Source: Octopus sinensis
Lineage: Eukaryota
Length of the DNA: 64,000 bases
Assembly (NCBI RefSeq): GCF_006345805.1
Contig: NC_042997.1
Span: forward strand, 67,084,001-67,148,000
Reading direction: 5' to 3'
A model generated the notes under the pieces. It was not told the DNA's origin, ran no database searches, and saw only the letters and a list, made by a program, of their open reading frames with translations. A program made the position numbers and the translations under genes. Shown one piece after another: positions 25,058 through 37,090 of this stretch. The stretch's first letter is position 1; each line of letters begins with the position of its first letter.

Positions 25058-26128
25058 AGTATCCAAAGTATCCAAAGATCATTTGAAGCACATAATGCTT
25101 TATGAGTACAAAAAAGGAAACTCTGCAGCCGAAGCGACTCGAAAAAATACCCAGTTTATGGGAAAGAATGCTTGAATGAAAGAACTTGCAGAAGATGGCT
25201 TGCAAAATTCAGAAGTGGAGATTTCAGCCTTCAAGATGAAGATCCAGTTGAGTTTGATGATAAGCTCCTTGAGGCATTACTTGAAGAAAATCCTGCATTA
25301 TCAGTTGAAGAATTGGCAATAAAGCTTAGTTCAAACCATACAACTGTTCATCGTCATCTTCAACAATTTGGAAAGGTTCCTAAACTTGGAAAATGGGTGC
25401 CTCATGAATTGTTCTAAAGCAACTGCAAATCCCGAGTTGACATATGCTCTCCTCTCCATTCTCGCAAACTCATTTCACCCTTTTTGGATAGACTTGTGAC
25501 TGATAACGAAAAATGGATCTTCTATCGAAATGTTAAACGTCGTAAACAGTGGCTGGTAAAAGGTGAAAATCTCAACCACAACCGAGAAGAGAACTTCATG
25601 GGAAAAAGGTTCGTCTCTCTATCTGGTGCGATTGCAAAGGAGTAATTCACTTTGAATTGTTACCACCTAATGCAACAATCAATGCTCAAGTCTTCTGTCA
25701 GCAAGCTTTGGAGAAAAAAAAGACCCGCTTTAGTGAATCGAAAATGAGTGATGTTTCATCAGGACAATGCGCGACCCCACACTGCAAAGATCACATCTCA
25801 GAAGATCGAAGAACTTGGTTGGGAAAAAATTCCTCATCCACCTTATTCTCCCGACCTTGCTCCTTCAGACTACCATTTGTTTCGTAGTTTACAGAATCAT
25901 TTGAGGGACATAACTTTCGCAAGCCAGGTGGAGGTCGAAACTGACATTTCAGAGTTCTTTGAAACCAAAAGAGTTTTATATTGATGGGATAAAAAAGCTT
26001 GTAAATAGATGGAAGGAAGTCATAGATAATCGGGGGAAGTACATTGAGGATTAAATTTCAATTAAATATAACATTTCATCACTTGTTTTCTTTATTCAAA
26101 ATTCGGACAGAACTTATGGGATGACCTG
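25058..26128 (+). mobile_element. mariner (DD34D) element, 5'-truncated, transposase pseudogene
   Basis: GKWVPHEL, VTDNEKWI, HQDNARPH, HPPYSPDLAPSDYHLF; 3' TIR cggacagaacttatgggatgacctga followed by TA. Confidence 0.95.
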
Positions 26129-26174
<46 letters not shown>

Positions 26175-26417
26175 CACATACACATAGATACATATATTTA
26201 TACACACACACATACACACAAACGCATATAATATAATCTGGATAATTATCTCATAACGTGCATGTGAAAGCTCCTATATAGTTATCAGCTTCTATGTCAT
26301 CTCACATCAAGATTATTTTCAAGGTTAGATCACACATGTGAAACTTCGCTATTGTATAAGCTTAATATAAATATTTGTATAACACGAAGCCTATTTTTTT
26401 TCCCCATCTTCGTGTTT

Positions 26418-26486
<69 letters not shown>

Positions 26487-26982
26487 TGATATATATATCA
26501 GCTTATTATCGAGGTAGGTACCTCTGTGAAACATTTACACATTCTATACTACTTGTGTCTGTCGATGTTTTGCAAAGGTCGTAGATGTTAAGACAGATGT
26601 TTTAATCGCTTACTATAAATCCCAGTTCAACGTTGAGCATCTCACTAAGTCAAACAGAGTACAAGGCTGTTTTATTCCCTGCCGCCAATAATCTAAACTT
26701 TCTTTGCTGCTCTGCTTATTTTGCCTTTCCAAAACTCTGGCTAAACATGGCATGCAATTTTGAATATAAGTCCTGCTGTGTCTTGGTAGGTGTTTCTGAA
26801 TTATCTTTTTATTCATGGCTATGTGCAACTCAGCTAGCATAATTTTCAAAGAATATATTCTTATATTCTCATTTACGATTACTTAAACAAATATAGTCAG
26901 GTAATCGCTTAAGTATATGAATAATTCTTTTGCTTAACTGAAACTCGACAAAGCAGCAAGCAACAACTCGATATATATATAT

Positions 26983-27547
26983 ACAAGAAAAAAGCAACAA
27001 GAATGGATTAGATGTTCAGTACAATTGTTTCATACGAAGAACAGCTTTATTAAAAGCTGCAAATATTGCAGCAAATACAAGTGTCCCGTATTCATCAGCC
27101 AAAACACATATGAGTTTTCCAAACATCCTAGGGGGTGAAGCTACACTCATGAAGTATCGAAGAGAGTTCTATAAAAAGCAAAGTTAGATTGTAAGCAGAC
27201 TTCAAAAGTTCTCTAATGATGCACAGTTTTATAAAAGGTTTTTAAAAAAGTTTGTTAGTTTCACAGAAAAGGTAAATCCATCCATAATAATACAGGTGTA
27301 ATTTCCGGAGATATGAGGAGATATTTCATACTCAGAGACGATGAATTTATCCATAATAATGTAGATGTAATTTCCTGATATATGAGAAGATGCTGATCAC
27401 ACTTCTGTTCATTTCACAAAACTACTATGTTGGAAGAAGAGATTGACCATATTGGCTAAAAAAAGTTAGTGAAGCAGAAACCGCCCAAATAGGGCATTAT
27501 GGGATAAATAAGAGGAAGGGGTGAAAGTACACAACCTACAAAGAATA
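26983..27547 (-). repeat. 5' inverted pseudo-LTR
   Basis: Reverse complement of 31118-31682 with about 5 substitutions counted by eye. Confidence 0.95.
27013..27106 (-). ncRNA. type I hammerhead ribozyme (inverted pLTR copy)
   Basis: tcatcag 27092-27098 and gtttc 27027-27031 on the plus strand; mirror of 31559-31652. Confidence 0.7.
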
Positions 27548-27622
27548 CTACTTGTGTCTGTCGATGAAAATATATTCCCATACAGTCTGTATGTTTTTCT
27601 GGTACTTACTTTCTCAACAAGA

Positions 27623-30450
27623 ATGGAGAAGGTAAACAGAGTTTTCCCCTAAAGACATCCCCTTACACAGTAAGGATGAATATATCTGGCTACTTATCCA
27701 TAGGATTAATGACTTCATTAGAAGAATTAGATGGAAAACTTACCATTTTGATGTCAAACAGAAAAAGGACCCTCAAGCAAGGAATACTGATAAGAACTAT
27801 AGGAGAATATTTAGAAGCAGAAAGAGCCCGCCTCCGAACCCACTCCTGGAAAATTTCGAAAAAGATTTACTGAATCTTATAGAAGATATTAAATTCAAAG
27901 AACACCCGTTAAGATACAACCCTCACCTCAAACATCTCAGAAACTTTATTTATGCAACTCGGAACAAACAAGGAATCTTAGTGCCAGCAGATAAAACTGG
28001 TAATCTGTATAGAGTAGATTACACTTTTTATAGCAAGCTAATTAAGAAGGAACTCAACTCCAAATATAAAATTACTACAATGAAAAATTTGAAAAAAATA
28101 AACCTAGAAATGAAGGAAATTATGGAAAGATACAATTTAACGGATAGAACGGAGCCGCTTAAACCGTGTGAACCTAGAATCAATCTTAAGGACCACAAAA
28201 GGAATTTCATGGAAAACCCTTCGGTAAGACTTATTTGTCCAACTAAGTCAGATATTGGCCGGCTTAGTAAATCTATCCTGGATACTGTTCTACCCCAAAT
28301 AACCCCGATTCTTCCCTTAAGTCTCTGGCTAAATACCGATGAAGTATTAAAATGGTTTAACTCTCTAACTAATACTAGTAGCCTTTCCTTTATTCAGTTC
28401 GACATAAATAATTATTACACTAGTATTTCCCCCATTTTGCTAAATAAATCACTTATATTTGCTATGAATCGCTCCCTCATATCTAGAGAGGAAATCGACA
28501 TAGTGCTATTAGCTAGAAAAACATTTATAGAATTTGAAGGAAAATTATGGACTAGAGCAGATACCCCTAATAATTTCGATATACCCATGGGTTCTAGTGA
28601 TTCGGCTGAGGTAACTAATTTGGTAGGTGCGTATCTATTAAAGTGCATAAAAAGGGAGATCTCGGAATTACAAGGTGGTCTATACAGGGATGATGCCCTG
28701 TTTGTTATTCCTAGTAATAATAAATCTAGCATTGAACGGATTAGAAGGAAAATTAATAGGTTCTTTAAAGATTTCAACCATAGAATAACTTATGAACCTC
28801 GCACTAAAATAGTCAATTTCCTAGATATTACATTAGACCTTAACTCTAAGCTGCATTACCCATTTAGAAAGGAAGGTGAAATCACGAGATACGTAAATAG
28901 ATTATCCAATCATCCCCCAAATATAATTAAATCTTTGGTTAGAAATATTTCCTTAAGAATCTCTAGATTATCATCTAATAATGATATATTTAACTCTCAT
29001 TCTGAGCATTATAATGCGGCGTTATCTAAGGCAGGATACAACCAAAAGATTACCTTTATTGATAAGGAGAGCTTACATATTCCTAATAAAGGAGGTAGCA
29101 GTAACCACGTAAACAATAATATAGATCACGCCCGAAATAAAAGTAGAAATATATGTACGGTGGCAACAAATCTAACGTACAAGCCTAATCATAAGAATAA
29201 AAATATAGACCAGAGCATAGGTAACTCTGATAAAACCAATTTAGATTAATCAAAAAAAAACATACAAATAATAGTAATAAATATAATAGCTCTGGTGGGA
29301 TTAGTAATAATTCAACTAACCCTAATTCTAATTTAAGGAAATTTAATAAGAAAGATATAATCTGGCTGAATATTCCTTTCAACTGTGCGATTTTATCGGA
29401 TATACAAGGCAGATTCAAAGTAATTCTAGAAAAAAATTTCCCAGCCTCTCATAAATATCATAGAATAATTTCTAAAAGAACGGTTAGGATTTCTTATTCA
29501 ACCCTCCCAAATATGTCCACTATAATAGCTAAGATTAATAATAGAAACATTAAGCTAGCCAGGAATAATAAGACTAATACCATCATGAATACCAATAACA
29601 ATTGTAATAATATTATCAAAAATAAAAATAATAACCACAATAATAGTAACTATCAAAACAAAGGTAGCATCAATAACCATGGAAAAACTAATAATAATAT
29701 TAATATTAATAGGAATAATAATGTTAATAATATGAGCAATGCTAATAGAGAAAATATCGGGAATGAAGACAACATTGATATCTATAACAGCAATATGCAT
29801 TCGGATATAAATACAAGCAATAATAGTAGCAATACCAATAATGTGAGTAATTATAATAGGGCTATAGAACTAAATGATAGTGCAAACGGATCGATAAATG
29901 ATAACACTGCTTTAGATAACAACATTAACTATAATAACAATAATTATACTCATAATAATCAGAATAGCAACAATATGGGATATCTATCCTTAAATAATTC
30001 TACATCTGAAGATGATCCCCCTAGGTGTAATTGTAGAATTAAGTCAAAATGCCCGGCACCTGGTCTGTGTGGGGTAAATAACATAATCTATAAATGTACC
30101 ATAACTACTGAGAATAGCAAATCTTTTTATTTAGGTTGTACTATAAAATTTAAACAAAGAGTTAGCAACCACATCTCCTCATTTAAGTTACGTCATAAAG
30201 CTGATTGCACCACACTTTCAAGTAAGATCTGGGAACTCAGAAATAATAATATTAAATATAACCGTAATTGGAAAATAGTTAGAAGAGCGATGCCTTATAG
30301 AAATAACAGGGTAGGTTGCCGACTCTGCTCCATGGAGACATATGAAATTCTAAGGCATAGAAAAAATAAAAATTTGTTAAATAACCGTATAGAATTAGGT
30401 TATATCTTGTATTCACTCAAAAGTTAAGACTCTTAAATATTTTAAATAGA
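27623..30450 (+). pseudogene. Penelope-like RT/GIY-YIG polyprotein, a few frameshifts
   Basis: N-term SPKDIP..FIRRIRWK, FEKDLLNLI; RT ADKTGNLY, FDINNYYTSI, PMGS..AE, LYRDD, VNFLDITLDL, SNHPP; linker CNCRIKSKCPAPGLC; EN IIY..YLG..FKQR..H; LLNNRIEL. Frameshifts near 27640, 27750-27800, 29250 and 30400. Confidence 0.95.
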
Positions 30451-31117
30451 AATCGTATAGAATAACCGTATGGAGCTAGGTCCATCTTGTTTTTACTAAA
30501 AAAGCAAAACTCTAATATATTTTAAATAGATATCTGTGAGCTCTTCCACTGGTGTTCTTTCTAACTGTACCTGTTTTAGAACACAAAGAATTACATGGTA
30601 TTTGTACGTTGCCAAACATTTTAATTGACTATATAGTTAATTTAATTTAATCTAATTTTAATCTAATTTAATTAACCCACTTAAATCAAATTCTATTCTA
30701 AGTTTAATAAATAATACTACTCCCTTAATAATAATACAAGGAATTTTCAATATGATTTTCACTATATTTTGAATAAACAATGCCCTCACACCTTTTACTA
30801 TAGAAATTAATTGACCTCTAGGTATAGACCTAAAGTCTGTCTTACAATGTATAAACATTTGTATAAACAGTAACAATAACAAATAAATAAATAACCTCCC
30901 GTTCAAGTATTGCACTTAAACCTCTTAATGTATTTTCCTCTACTGATAGCCTTTGACCCCTTTGATACTTTCTTTTGTTCTCTTTATATTCTTATACCTG
31001 CTTTTAACTGTAGGATTGGCAGTTAACAGCTGTATGTTGGTCAAAAGTAATGTTCTCTTTTATAAATCTAGATTCCTGCAACTCTGACCTAGATTTTCTG
31101 TCACCACAGAAATAAGC

Positions 31118-31682
31118 TATTCTTTGTAGGTTGTGTACTTTCACCCCTTCCTCTCATTTATCCCATAATGCCCTATTTGGGCGGTTTCTGCTTCACTAAC
31201 TTTTTTTAGCCAATATGGTCAATCTCTTCTTCCAACATAGTAGTTTTGTGAAATGAACAGAAGTGTGATCAGCATCTTCTCATATATCAGGAAATTACAT
31301 CTACATTATTATGGATAAATTCATCGTCTCTGAGTATGAAATATCTCCTCATATCTCCGGAAATTACACCTGTATTATTATGGATGGATTTACCTTTTCT
31401 GTGAAGCTAACAAGCTTTTTTAAAAACCTTTTATAAAACAGTGCATCATTAGAGAACTTTTGAAGTCTGCTTACAATCTAACTTTGCTTTTTATAGAACT
31501 CTCTTCGATACTTCATGAGTGTAGCTTCACCCCCTAGGATGTTTGGAAAACTCATATGTGTTTTGGCTGATGAATACGGGACACTTGTATTTGCTGCAAT
31601 ATTTGCAGCTTTTAATAAAGCTGTTCTTCGTATGAAACAATTGTACTGAACAACTAATCCATTCTTGTTGCTTTTTTCTTGT
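31118..31682 (+). repeat. 3' pseudo-LTR region
   Basis: Partner of 26983-27547; followed by a ~120-bp extension shared with 22741-22830 (minus strand). Confidence 0.95.
31559..31652 (+). ncRNA. type I hammerhead ribozyme with palindromic stem III
   Basis: CTGATGA 31567-31573, stem II atacg/cgtat, GAAAC 31634-31638, AATT, GTA 31643-31645, G-U-rich stem I gttttgg/ctgaac. Confidence 0.75.
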
Positions 31683-31803
31683 TTATAATCACCCCCACAT
31701 TATTTTATGGTTAATACCATATAGATTTCTGGTGCATCTAAGTTCAGTACCGCATTCATGTGAATTCCTTGGAACTCACTTGAATCTTAATTGTTTTTAC
31801 TGA

Positions 31804-31893
<90 letters not shown>

Positions 31894-32249
31894 TACTTGG
31901 AAATGGATGCGTGGCGTTCAATGAAATAATAATATAAATAATATATGTTCCTTTCTACGATGTTCTACCCAATTGATCATATGTATATTTGTAATGGCTT
32001 TTACGTAAGTCTCCTAATTATATATAAAATAAATAATAAATGCGCCCCTTTAAAGCCTAGCCAGGCTCATGGGCCCGGTTTCCCGGTTTCAATGGCGTAT
32101 GTGTTCCCCAGCTGGATGTATAAATATTTATGTATGTGTGCATGTGTGCAAATAGATAAATATGTGTGTGTGTATCTGTACACGTCTTTATTTTTTCTGA
32201 TTCTTGGCTTATAATTAATATATAGATAGCATGTTTATCTTTCCAGCAT

Positions 32250-33034
32250 TACATAAGTAAATGTCCAGAGCAGTTTTTATAGAAACCACCTAATAAGTAA
32301 ATAATTAAGTACATGAATGTATATTAAACTGATTCTATGTAATATCTCCTTTTTAATGCTGAAAATTGATGTATATACACATTTTACCTATTGTGGTTAT
32401 ATCATTTTTGATAATCTTAAATTTTATCATTATACAACATAACAATATTGCTCATAAACAATCGCCCATAGTACTCCATAATAAAATTTCCCCTGTATTA
32501 ACATCATAGGTTTTATTAGCGTCTTGCCCCTTTAACTGGTAATTAGTATCATGATTTAGGATCTTCTCCTACCCAGCCTCCTTTATAGACAGTTACTTTA
32601 TACTCAATTTTCTACTAATGTCTTGACAATACTTATGACTACACCTAGCTATGAGCTGTCACCCCACTCTTGCCCTTCATTCCAAATAGACAGTCTTCTA
32701 GCCTTAGATTTAGTAGTTGATAAAAAGGTAAATGAATTATAAATCAACTACAATCCTTTACAGGCTATGACTCCAGTAAGCTTTATGTTTTTCTTGGAAG
32801 TGTAGTATATTCTTAACTACAATAGCGACAACATGGATTTCTTCCATTTTCTTGCTGTGTTAAAGTATTTGAGTAAAATTATATTAATGTGTCCGACTGA
32901 TTAAAATTCTGTTTATTTATGCAGCTGATGATACCCTGAATTTAAATAGTTGTAATGATTGCATTGTTCAATTAAATGGAGCCGCTTGAAACGGTTGTAC
33001 TGCATCACTTCTTGATATCCTGTTGCTTATTTTG

Positions 33035-33040
<6 letters not shown>
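32250..33040 (+). mobile_element. 3' part of a second Penelope-like subfamily
   Basis: Ends in a hammerhead and tgttgcttattttgatta-(TA)n; homologous to 22830-22990 (minus strand). The 5' boundary is uncertain. Confidence 0.55.
32919..33005 (+). ncRNA. type I hammerhead ribozyme, decayed stem II
   Basis: atgcag-CTGATGA(32925-32931)...GAAAC(32988-32992)-ggtt-GTA-ctgcat: perfect 6-bp stem I. Confidence 0.65.
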
Positions 33041-33080
<40 letters not shown>

Positions 33081-33084
33081 CATA

Positions 33085-33445
33085 TGGGCACAGGACGTCA
33101 CCAACTCTAAACAACATGTTAAATACGCAAACAACGAGAGAAAAAAATGAAAACAGGACAAGTAACACAAAGAACGTCCGCTATCTATCTACTCCTCGTT
33201 TCGAGCATTCGACGGCAATATGAGTCTTCGAAGACAGTTGCTCACATAACTTCCAAAATCAATTTTGAATTTTATGGGGGGGGGAATAGTGAACGCTGCA
33301 AGAAATGTTTACTCTGAAAAGAGAAAAGATTGAAGATGTCCAGTCGTTAGAACGTCGTGTAGGAAAAAAAGATGGTCGATGGTCACGTGTAAGCAACGAG
33401 AGAGAGAAAAGGAGAAAGAGGGAATGAAAGAGAGACACCTAGAAA
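33085..33445 (-). mobile_element. second copy of the 1-592 repeat
   Basis: Reverse complement aligns with 120-592, with internal deletions including the CTGATGA strand. Confidence 0.8.
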
Positions 33446-33613
33446 ACAGTATATATGTATTTTAATATTTTGTGACAACTAGTACTTAACACAACAAATC
33501 TTATACAAAGCTTTAGATTTTACTTTTGACAATCTTTTTCTAAAAAAGTGAAACCGGTCAAGTGAATAAAGAACGTTAAAATTGCATTTTCAAACCTTCT
33601 TTCATATATATAT

Positions 33614-33674
<61 letters not shown>

Positions 33675-34780
33675 GTATATATGTATGTATATATGTATGT
33701 ATGTATGTATGCATGTATGTATGTATGCATGCATGTATGTATGTATGTATGTATGTATGTATGTATGTAGTATGTATGTATGTATGTATGTGCGTACATA
33801 TATACACACACATGCGTACGTATGTATGTACGTATATTCATACGTACATATGTATGTATGTATATATGTATACAAACACATCTGATGGACTATGTAGTTC
33901 TTGCTTTATTTTCACCTTTGCAAAGTAGCTATGAAGTGAATATATTGGACTGAAGAATTCTACTCGAATCAAGTGTTGCTAGTAAACTTACCCATCTAAA
34001 TGAAATTACCTCTGAAAATTGTAACAAGTTGCCTAAATGACTGTGCCTTGTTTTAAAACGACTTTACTGCTACAAATCCATACACAAAGCTAATCTATCA
34101 AATGATTACTTAATTCTCTTTGGCTTCACCAGATCTGCTTTATTCTCTGACATTTTCTTTCAGCGTTTAGCATATTCAACAAATTTTATTTTCGCTTGAC
34201 TTCACCGATCTGGCTGGAATTCAAAATTCTATTATGAATGCTCTGCTCACTGATCACACTTTTATTTTTACCATATCTCTAATTAATTAAGGTAATCAAT
34301 GGATGTCTGTCGTTGTTGTATCAATCTACAAAAATAAAGTAATAAATTCAACCTTTAGAACTACATCAATTACCTCAAATATTGTTGAACAGCTATATTA
34401 CAAATGCTGTAATAATTCAATTTTCTCCGCTCTGTTAGAATTTTTATCTCGCCACTCAACCACTAACAAATTCAGTCTATTTATTCACCAAACGTCGTCT
34501 CATCTTAAAAATAAAATTTTTAAAAAGTCTACCTTCATACTTTTTCAATTTGACTGTTTATGAAATATGTAATCTTGTTTTAACGTAGTCAGATAACTTC
34601 TTGGAAAAATTCAAACTTTTAGAGTCACTATTGCAAAATCTGATTTACATACACAATATACCTGATTTATCCCTAGGAAGTATAATATTCTAAGTTTATA
34701 TATTTACATTACTGATACTTTTATTGATCCTGATACGTCGATTTCACGTAACTCTCGTTGCATCAGCTACATTACAATTT

Positions 34781-34852
34781 ATTACCACTGGTTTCTCTAT
34801 ACATATTACCAGTGGTTTATCTATGCGTATTACCACTGGATTCTCTATGATT
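34781..34852. repeat. 3 x 24-bp minisatellite
   Basis: attaccactggtttctctatacat / attaccagtggtttatctatgcgt / attaccactggattctctatgatt. Confidence 0.8.
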
Positions 34853-35196
34853 ACTATCATTGATTCCGATATTTGTGCTATCCTACAGAAACAGTATCAT
34901 GACCTAAATCATATTTCAGATTGGACTTGAAACGTTAGAGAAAGATATGCGTTCGAAAAATAATGACCGTGATACTTTTGCAAATGATCAAACAACCGTA
35001 ATACTGTCATCAGATTTATTCAAGGTGGTAATGTATACAAAATTATTTCACCAAGCAAGCAATAAGACAGTCTATTGAAGTTGTGAATAAACAAAAGCTA
35101 AAGTTTCCCTATATATATGCATGTATATATACATATATATGTAGGTATGTACGTATATGTATATATGCATATATATAAATAATTATATATATATAT

Positions 35197-35396
<200 letters not shown>

Positions 35397-35804
35397 TCCC
35401 TATTTTTCAATGTCTCACCAATTTGCTTGTACTAAGTATATCCAAGGAAGGTAGTAGTGAGAAACTACAAAAGTGAGTTGCGTAAATTATCCTGAAATAG
35501 CATTTTTGCCAACACTTTGATTATACAAAATTACATTTACTTATTCTTCATATTTCAAAGAATTCTTATTTAACTTCATACACACACACACATACACACA
35601 CACACGTGCGCGCGCGCATATATATATGAACTTAAATAAGAATTCTTTCAAATATGAAGAACAAGTAAATGTAATTTTGTATATATGCATATATATATAC
35701 ATATATATATATATATAATATAAATAATATATAAATATATTCATATATACATACATATAGGTACATACCTACATATATATGTATATATACATGCATATAT
35801 GGAT

Positions 35805-36140
35805 ACTGGACATCAAGAACCGTAGACAAAATGTTCTTCCTTTCTGTTTTTCTCTCCCACTCTTTCTCTATTCTTCTCCTTTCCCCTTCACCGTACCCCC
35901 TCTCTCTCTCACTCTTCCTCCTTGACTCTCTTGTTGCTCACACGTGACCAACGACCATCCATCTTTCTTTCTTCCACTTCCTTCCTAAAGATATGAGGTG
36001 CTTTTATCTATCTCTTCTCAAAGCTCGTTTTACAAGCGTTAACCACTTCACATCGTCTTGGCTTAACAGCCCTGACCGTGTGTTTTTACTGTTTTGTTCT
36101 CACTGTCTTGTTTTTGTTACCACTTTCACCCCCCGCAGAG
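35805..36140 (+). mobile_element. diverged 5' part of the 1-592 repeat family
   Basis: Shared ctctc(g/t)tgttgctcacacgt(a/g)accaac and pyrimidine-rich body. Confidence 0.6.
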
Positions 36141-36216
36141 AATCCCAAGTATATAGATGTATATATATATATATGCAATAGTTTTGTTAAGCAAAGTCGA
36201 TTTTTACAATTCTGTA

Positions 36217-36217
<1 letters not shown>

Positions 36218-36307
<90 letters not shown>

Positions 36308-36886
36308 GAAGAAGAAGAAGAAGAATGATAATAATAAATGCCCTGATGCAGTACCAGGCAGTGGCTCTCATGGCTTCTGATCTTAACTGATTGGAAGTGT
36401 TATCATGTACATTGTTTTGTCTTGGTATAAAAGATGGGCTACAGCAAATATTCTGCTCAATACCACAGATTTGCTTGTCAGTTGTTTGACCTTAACCAGT
36501 TGAGCATGTCCCTTAGTGGCTGACGATATGTGCATCTCTGATCACGAGCAGAAGTAGTGGGGGAGCATCATAGCCATGTGTTGAGAAGGATTCTTTGGGG
36601 TTTGAATAATTCACCTCTGGAAACATGGGTGGTTCTTTCAACATCCTTAAACAACCCTTATTCAGGGACCTTTTGAGCGGGATGGGCTACTCAACCTGAA
36701 GAAAATTCTAACTGGGCCCCACCTGCAAGGTCATGTGCTGTTTATCTTGATATGAGATCACCATGTCGCGCACATATGGTTGTGATGCATGTGCCTGGTG
36801 TACCCTTATCAGACGGGTAGTCATATTGGGCTTCGTATATTTTACACTCCAGTGTCACTTTGATGGCATGAACTGCTCTCTCACTC

Positions 36887-36922
<36 letters not shown>
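36218..36922. mobile_element. ~560-bp unclassified element flanked by (AAT)n on both sides
   Basis: Interrupts a ~100-bp repeat that is intact at 37178-37282; no ORF seen. Confidence 0.7.
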
Positions 36923-36923
<1 letters not shown>

Positions 36924-37014
36924 GTATTTTATAAGCTTAAAGCGATCGCCACGCAATGAAGAAAGAAAATAGTTTAATAATGGGGAATATGAGCCCCTCG
37001 ACAGAAAAAAAGTT

Positions 37015-37090
37015 TTCCCGTACGCGTGGGACTCGCACTACACCTCTTTGTTTACGCGACCAAGTGTGCTACCGATTACACCATCGAACC
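37015..37090 (-). other. tRNA-derived Pol III-like unit (not a functional tRNA)
   Basis: Minus strand ggttcgaTGGTGTAATCGGtagcac..GTGCGAGTCCC then a T7 run; the acceptor stem does not pair. Confidence 0.55.

Larger units (their letters stand above)
26983..31805 (+). mobile_element. Penelope-like retroelement with inverted pseudo-LTRs, inserted in (TA)n
   Basis: RT + C-terminal GIY-YIG ORF, 565-bp inverted repeats, hammerhead cores, and (TA)n at both ends. Confidence 0.95.

Noticed and set aside
34781-34852. CRISPR-like regular repeats (also 40378-40501)
   Set aside because: Simple tandem units without unique spacers, in a eukaryotic context with no cas genes.
37015-37090. Functional tRNA gene
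   Set aside because: Acceptor and anticodon stems do not form.
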